Part shown: in pieces, positions 7,643-11,570 of the stretch
How positions within the stretch are numbered: position 1 is the first letter of the stretch
Layout of the letters: each line of letters begins with the position of its first letter
Source of the DNA: Candidatus Rifleibacteriota bacterium
Lineage (GTDB): Bacteria; Muiribacteriota; Ozemobacteria; Ozemobacterales; Ozemobacteraceae
DNA length: 11,570 nt
Assembly: GCA_051747585.1 (NCBI GenBank)
Contig: JBNJGH010000102.1
Span: forward strand, 1 to 11,570
Direction: 5' to 3'
The notes under the pieces: model-generated
Told to the model about the DNA's origin: nothing
The model's database searches: none
The model's input: only the letters and a program-made list of their open reading frames with translations
Translations under genes and position numbers: made by a program

Positions 7643-8683
7643 ATGAAATTCACCCGGGTTTTTCTTGAAGCGATAGGGTACGAACTACCGCAAAATATAA
7701 TTACTTCTACCTGGATTGAGGAACAGCTTGCACCACTTTATCGCAAGTTATATCTTCAACCGGGTCAACTTGAAGCACTTACCGGAATACGTGAACGCCG
7801 CTGGTGGAACCCCGGTCATTCCAATGGGGTTCAGGCAGCAAAAGCTGCTAAAAAAGCACTTTCAGAGACAGATATACCCATAGAAGACATAGGCGCAATA
7901 GTTTATTGCGGCGTTTGTCGCGACAACTACGAGCCGGCTACCGCCTGCCATGTGGCAGCCGACCTTAATGTTCAGCCGCAAACATTTATTCAAGACATTT
8001 CCAATGCCTGTCTGGGTGTAATGAACGGCATAATAGATATCGCCAACCGCATTGAACTTGGACAGATAAAAGCAGGAATTGTTGTAGCCTGTGAAACCGC
8101 CCGTGAGATAACCCAGATAATGATACAAAGAATGCTTGAAGAGGGTTCGATGGAATTCTTCAAGCAGGCGCTTGCTACTATGACCGGCGGCTCGGGCGCT
8201 GTAGGCGTTGTGTTATCCGATGGCTCTTATGATCATATCGGCCCTAAACTACTTGGAGGCGTTGCAATGGCGGCTCCACAGCACCATAGAATGTGCCGCT
8301 GGGGCTCAGACAAAAGGCAACCCCCAAGAGCACCCCAAATGATGGAAACCAATGCAATCGGCATGCTTAGGCATGGCGGTGATCTGATTAGAAAAGTCGG
8401 AGATGCTTTTTTCAAAGAAGTAGGCTGGCAGCGCCAGGAGCTTGATCGGATTATTTCCCATCAGGTAGCCAGCGCAAACCGTGATGCTATTTTAAATAAT
8501 CTTGGTCTTGAATTCGAAAAAGATTTTTCAACCTTCTCATTTCTGGGCAACATGGGAACCGTCTCTCTGCCCGTAACTGCAGCGATAGCCGAAGAAAGAG
8601 GCTTTGTCGAAAAAAATCATAAAGTCGGTTTTATAGGTATCGGTAGTGGTTTAAACAGTATGATGCTCGGCTGGGAGTGGTAA
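7643..8683 (+). CDS. oleA: OleA, thiolase/FabH-fold head-to-head acyl condensing enzyme, 346 aa
   Basis: The start is placed at ATG 7643 (MKFTRVFLEAIGYELP) rather than TTG 7589. Motifs: LEALTGIRERRWW, RDNYE97PATA, DISNAC123LG, TGGSGA, SH273QV, GN303MG and IGIGSGLN. The Glu-Cys (26 aa) and His-Asn (30 aa) spacings match Xanthomonas OleA E117/C143/H285/N315. It is followed by oleB, oleC and oleD. Confidence 0.93.
   Translation: MKFTRVFLEAIGYELPQNIITSTWIEEQLAPLYRKLYLQPGQLEALTGIRERRWWNPGHSNGVQAAKAAKKALSETDIPIEDIGAIVYCGVCRDNYEPATACHVAADLNVQPQTFIQDISNACLGVMNGIIDIANRIELGQIKAGIVVACETAREITQIMIQRMLEEGSMEFFKQALATMTGGSGAVGVVLSDGSYDHIGPKLLGGVAMAAPQHHRMCRWGSDKRQPPRAPQMMETNAIGMLRHGGDLIRKVGDAFFKEVGWQRQELDRIISHQVASANRDAILNNLGLEFEKDFSTFSFLGNMGTVSLPVTAAIAEERGFVEKNHKVGFIGIGSGLNSMMLGWEW
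8673..8677 (+). promoter_or_regulatory. Shine-Dalgarno site for oleB
   Basis: GGGAG within the last codons of oleA, 9 nt before ATG 8687. Confidence 0.6.
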
Positions 8684-8686
8684 ATA

Positions 8687-9580
8687 ATGGCTTTTAATCC
8701 ACAAAATTTCACTGATTTGTATCCGTTTTCTCAGAATTATTTTATTCAACCCGACGGTTTTAAACAGCATTATGTTGATGAAGGAAAAGGCGAACCGCTG
8801 ATAATGGTTCATGGAAACCCATCCTGGTCATTTTTATACCGGGATATGATTAAAGAGTTCAAACCAGCAATGCGAACCATCGCTCCTGATCATATAGGTT
8901 GTGGCCTTTCTGAAAAGCCGGGAACAGATAAATTTCCCTACCAGCTTAAGGATCATATAGATAATCTGGAAAGGTTGATCGATTCGCTTAATCTAAAGCA
9001 GCCTGTTAACCTGGCTGTCCATGATTGGGGCGGAGCCATAGGCATGGGTTATGCCACCAGAAATCCTGATAAAATAAAAAGAATAATTGTAATGAATACG
9101 GCAGCTTTCAGGTTACCCCAGGATTGTCCATTCCCCTGGCCTATCTGGTTGTTTCGTAACACAAAAATCGGTGAGTTTCTAAATAATAAATTTAATGCTT
9201 TTGCTCTTATAGCTTCTTATAGCTGTGCTATAAAAGGTCTAAGCCCTAAAGTCAGAGAAGGCTTCCTTGCGCCTTATGATTCTGCTGCTAACCGGGTGGC
9301 AACTACCAGATTTGTACAAGATATACCTCTGGTCGAAACCGACCCCTCTTACGATGAACTTTTAAAAATAGAAAACAATCTTGAAAATTTGAAACATAAA
9401 CCAATGTTAATATGTTTTGGTCGTAAAGATTTTGTTTTTAATCGACACTTTTTTCACGAATGGAAAAAAAGATTTCCCCAGGCACGTGCTCATAGCTTTC
9501 ATGCCGGTCATTACCTGCTTGAAGACGTTGGGCCCCGAGTCTTTTCAATAATGAAAAACTTTTTTGAACGACAAAGTTAA
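8687..9580 (+). CDS. oleB: OleB, beta-lactone decarboxylase (haloalkane-dehalogenase-like alpha/beta hydrolase), 297 aa
   Basis: HGNPSW oxyanion motif, PDHIGCGLSEKP, nucleophile elbow VHD113WGG, NTAAF, acid GRKD248FVF and base AGH275YLLED. It lies between oleA and oleC. Confidence 0.92.
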   Translation: MAFNPQNFTDLYPFSQNYFIQPDGFKQHYVDEGKGEPLIMVHGNPSWSFLYRDMIKEFKPAMRTIAPDHIGCGLSEKPGTDKFPYQLKDHIDNLERLIDSLNLKQPVNLAVHDWGGAIGMGYATRNPDKIKRIIVMNTAAFRLPQDCPFPWPIWLFRNTKIGEFLNNKFNAFALIASYSCAIKGLSPKVREGFLAPYDSAANRVATTRFVQDIPLVETDPSYDELLKIENNLENLKHKPMLICFGRKDFVFNRHFFHEWKKRFPQARAHSFHAGHYLLEDVGPRVFSIMKNFFERQS

Positions 9581-9584
9581 AATC

Positions 9585-9589
9585 AGGAG
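9585..9589 (+). promoter_or_regulatory. Shine-Dalgarno site for oleC
   Basis: AGGAG 8 nt upstream of ATG 9598 in a 17-nt spacer. Confidence 0.75.
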
Positions 9590-9597
9590 CTGATCTC

Positions 9598-11265
9598 ATG
9601 TCAGAACCTTCGAATTTCAGCAATATGGCTGAATTTATAAAATTAAACGCAAAAAAAACTCCTCACAAAAGAGCGGTAGTGGTGCCCACGGCCCGAGATC
9701 ATGCAGGACGCGTGGCTTACACTCATTTAACATTTAAACAACTCAACGAAGAAACCAATCGTTACGCCCGTGGCCTGAAAAAAATAGGCATTAAAAGAGG
9801 TACACGCACGGTAGTAATGATAAAACCGGGAATCGATTTTTTTATAACCTTTTTCGCACTGGCAAGAATTGGTGCAATAATGGTAATGATAGACCCGGGA
9901 ATGGGCTTTAAAAATCTTAAAAAATGTCTTGGCGAAGCTGAACCCGAAGCATTTATCGGAATAACTCTGGCTCATATAGCCCGAATTATTTTAAGATGGT
10001 CGCCCGAAACGATAAAAACCACTGTAACTCTTGGAACCAGACTATTCTGGGGCGGATACAGCTTTGAGGAGCTTCGCGATGATGATTGTTCAGAAGTTGA
10101 TTTTGCTCCCATGAGCAAAAACGAAATGGGTGCTTTAATGTTTACATCAGGAAGCACCGGCATTTCAAAAGGTGCGGTCTACACTCATGATATTCTTATT
10201 AACCAGGTCAGAATGATCAATGAATTGTATAACTACACTGATGCAGATGTAGACGTTGCAACATTTCCTCTTTTTGGTTTGTTTGATGTCTGCCTGGGAA
10301 TGACTGCCGTTATTCCCGATATGGATGCAACCAAACCGGCCAAAGCTGATCCGGTAAAATTAATTGAGGCAATCGAAGACAACGGCGCAACCTCGATGTT
10401 TGGTTCCCCTGCCCTTATCGATACTCTGAGCCGTTATGGAGCAGAAAATGAAATTAAGCTGCCTTCTTTAAAAAAAGCTATATCCTGTGGTGCGCCGGCT
10501 CGCAACGATATTTTAATGCGTTTTCATCGCATGCTTGAAAATGAAGCCGAAGTTTTTACACCATATGGGGCGACTGAAGCCCTGCCCGTCGCATCTATCG
10601 GCAGTAAAACAATATTAGAAGAAACGGCTGAAGAAACCGACTCAGGAGGCGGCACCTGCGTTGGCTACCCGGTAAATGGCGTAGAAGTTAAAATTATTAA
10701 AATAAGCGATGACCCCATAGACGCTTTTTCCGATGAAATTCTGGTCGAAGACGGAGAAATAGGCGAAATTATAGTCAAAGGGCCTATTGTTACGCAAAAA
10801 TATTATCGTCGACCGGAAAATACAAGCCTGGCTAAAATATCTGAGGGCGAACAGGTCTGGCATAGAATGGGCGATGTGGGTCGCTTCGATGAAAAAGGCA
10901 GACTATGGTTTTGCGGAAGAAAAGGACACAGGGTTGCAGGTCCCGAAAAAACATGGTTTACCATCCCATGTGAACGGGTTTTTAACCGCCACGAAAAGGT
11001 TTTTCGTACAGCTCTGGTAGGCGTAGGAGAAAAAGGGAAACAGATTCCGGTAATTTGTATAGAGCTCGAGAAAAATGTAAAAGATTTAAATGCTTCTGAA
11101 TTAATCGAAGAATTAAAGAAAATCGGCTCTGAATTTGAACACACTGCAGATATAAAAAAGTTTCTTCTTCATCCCGGGTTTCCTGTTGATATAAGGCACA
11201 ATGCAAAAATCGGACGCGAAATTCTGGCAGAATGGGCCGGTGAAACCTTACGAAAAAGAGGTTAG
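9598..11265 (+). CDS. oleC: OleC, beta-lactone synthetase (ANL adenylate-forming family), 555 aa
   Basis: FTSGSTGISKG (P-loop), TPYGATE, HRMGDVG, WFCGRKGHRV, IDPGMG and the OleC-typical C-terminal FPVDIRHNAKI. Confidence 0.94.
   Translation: MSEPSNFSNMAEFIKLNAKKTPHKRAVVVPTARDHAGRVAYTHLTFKQLNEETNRYARGLKKIGIKRGTRTVVMIKPGIDFFITFFALARIGAIMVMIDPGMGFKNLKKCLGEAEPEAFIGITLAHIARIILRWSPETIKTTVTLGTRLFWGGYSFEELRDDDCSEVDFAPMSKNEMGALMFTSGSTGISKGAVYTHDILINQVRMINELYNYTDADVDVATFPLFGLFDVCLGMTAVIPDMDATKPAKADPVKLIEAIEDNGATSMFGSPALIDTLSRYGAENEIKLPSLKKAISCGAPARNDILMRFHRMLENEAEVFTPYGATEALPVASIGSKTILEETAEETDSGGGTCVGYPVNGVEVKIIKISDDPIDAFSDEILVEDGEIGEIIVKGPIVTQKYYRRPENTSLAKISEGEQVWHRMGDVGRFDEKGRLWFCGRKGHRVAGPEKTWFTIPCERVFNRHEKVFRTALVGVGEKGKQIPVICIELEKNVKDLNASELIEELKKIGSEFEHTADIKKFLLHPGFPVDIRHNAKIGREILAEWAGETLRKRG
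11258..11262 (+). promoter_or_regulatory. Shine-Dalgarno site for oleD
   Basis: GAGGT in the last codons of oleC, 9 nt before ATG 11272. Confidence 0.6.
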
Positions 11266-11271
11266 TTCTGT

Positions 11272-11570
11272 ATGGCTACTTCAACCAAACCTTTAACCGC
11301 CGGGCAAACCGCCCTCGTAACAGGAGGCAGCGGATTTCTAGGCCGTGCAATCGTTAAGCAACTACTTGCAAAAGATTTAAAAGTAAAAATTTTGTGCCGA
11401 AAAAACTACCCTGACCTTGTGGAAGCCGGTTGCGAAATTGTTCAAGGCGAAATTTCAGACCAAAATATAGTCAACCGGGCAGTAAAAGATTGTGAAATTG
11501 TTTTTCATACGGCAGCCAAAGCAGGTATTGAAGGACCCTTTTCAGAATATGTCCGAACAAACGTCACCGG
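11272..11570 (+). CDS. oleD: OleD, 2-alkyl-3-oxoalkanoate reductase (extended SDR, 3-beta-HSD-like), 5' partial
   Basis: Not in the ORF track because it has no stop in the window. Translates as MATSTKPLTAGQTALVTGGSGFLGRAIVKQLLAKDLKVKILCRKNYPDLVEAGCEIVQGEISDQNIVNRAVKDCEIVFHTAAKAGIEGPFSEYVRTNVT, with the TGxxGxxG Rossmann motif and the HTAAKAG motif. It directly follows oleC. Confidence 0.9.
   Translation, partial: MATSTKPLTAGQTALVTGGSGFLGRAIVKQLLAKDLKVKILCRKNYPDLVEAGCEIVQGEISDQNIVNRAVKDCEIVFHTAAKAGIEGPFSEYVRTNVT

Noticed and set aside
8687..9580. Haloalkane dehalogenase (xenobiotic degradation) interpretation
   Set aside because: The motifs are shared with OleB, and the position between oleA and oleC argues for a beta-lactone decarboxylase.
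711..9658. A8 homopolymer runs at 711-718, 1892-1899 and 9651-9658 as possible phase-variation or frameshift sites
   Set aside because: They are short runs explained by Lys codons in A-rich coding sequence, and the reading frames are intact.
24..11206. Many short antisense and off-frame ORFs (60-126 aa), e.g. 1470..1850(-) and 10803..11144(-)
   Set aside because: All lie within well-supported + strand genes, lack recognisable motifs, and are the expected shadow ORFs.
9598..11265. NRPS adenylation domain or generic fatty acyl-CoA ligase, implying a PKS-NRPS hybrid
   Set aside because: There is no carrier or condensation domain, and the PVDIRHNAKI signature and gene context indicate OleC.
1..11570. 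Internal promoters, intrinsic terminators, RNA genes, CRISPR or IS elements
   Set aside because: The window is almost entirely coding with spacers of 37 nt or less. I saw no strong stem-loop followed by a U-tract, no repeat arrays and no transposase motifs by eye.

Overview
The whole window is one tightly packed + strand lipid-biosynthesis operon that runs off both edges. In order it holds the 3' end of a PfaA-type PUFA-synthase subunit (C-terminal PKS-type dehydratase, <1..478) and a 2374-aa fused PfaB/PfaC (Pfa3-like) subunit with the architecture KS-CLF-AT-DH'-DH-DH'-DH and no ER or AGPAT tail (481..7605). These are followed directly by the head-to-head olefin pathway: oleA (7643..8683), oleB (8687..9580), oleC (9598..11265) and the 5' part of oleD (11272..>11570). 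The catalytic motifs that fall inside the window look intact. The most likely function (inference) is a dedicated assembly line in which an iterative PUFA synthase feeds polyunsaturated acyl chains to OleABCD to make a very long polyunsaturated hydrocarbon, of the hentriacontanonaene (C31:9) type known from Shewanella and others. Pfa-ole coupling itself is established, so any novelty would lie in the host lineage, the off-loading route and the exact product. I found no RNA genes, mobile elements, CRISPR arrays or meaningful repeats. Domain boundaries are approximate and were read by eye.
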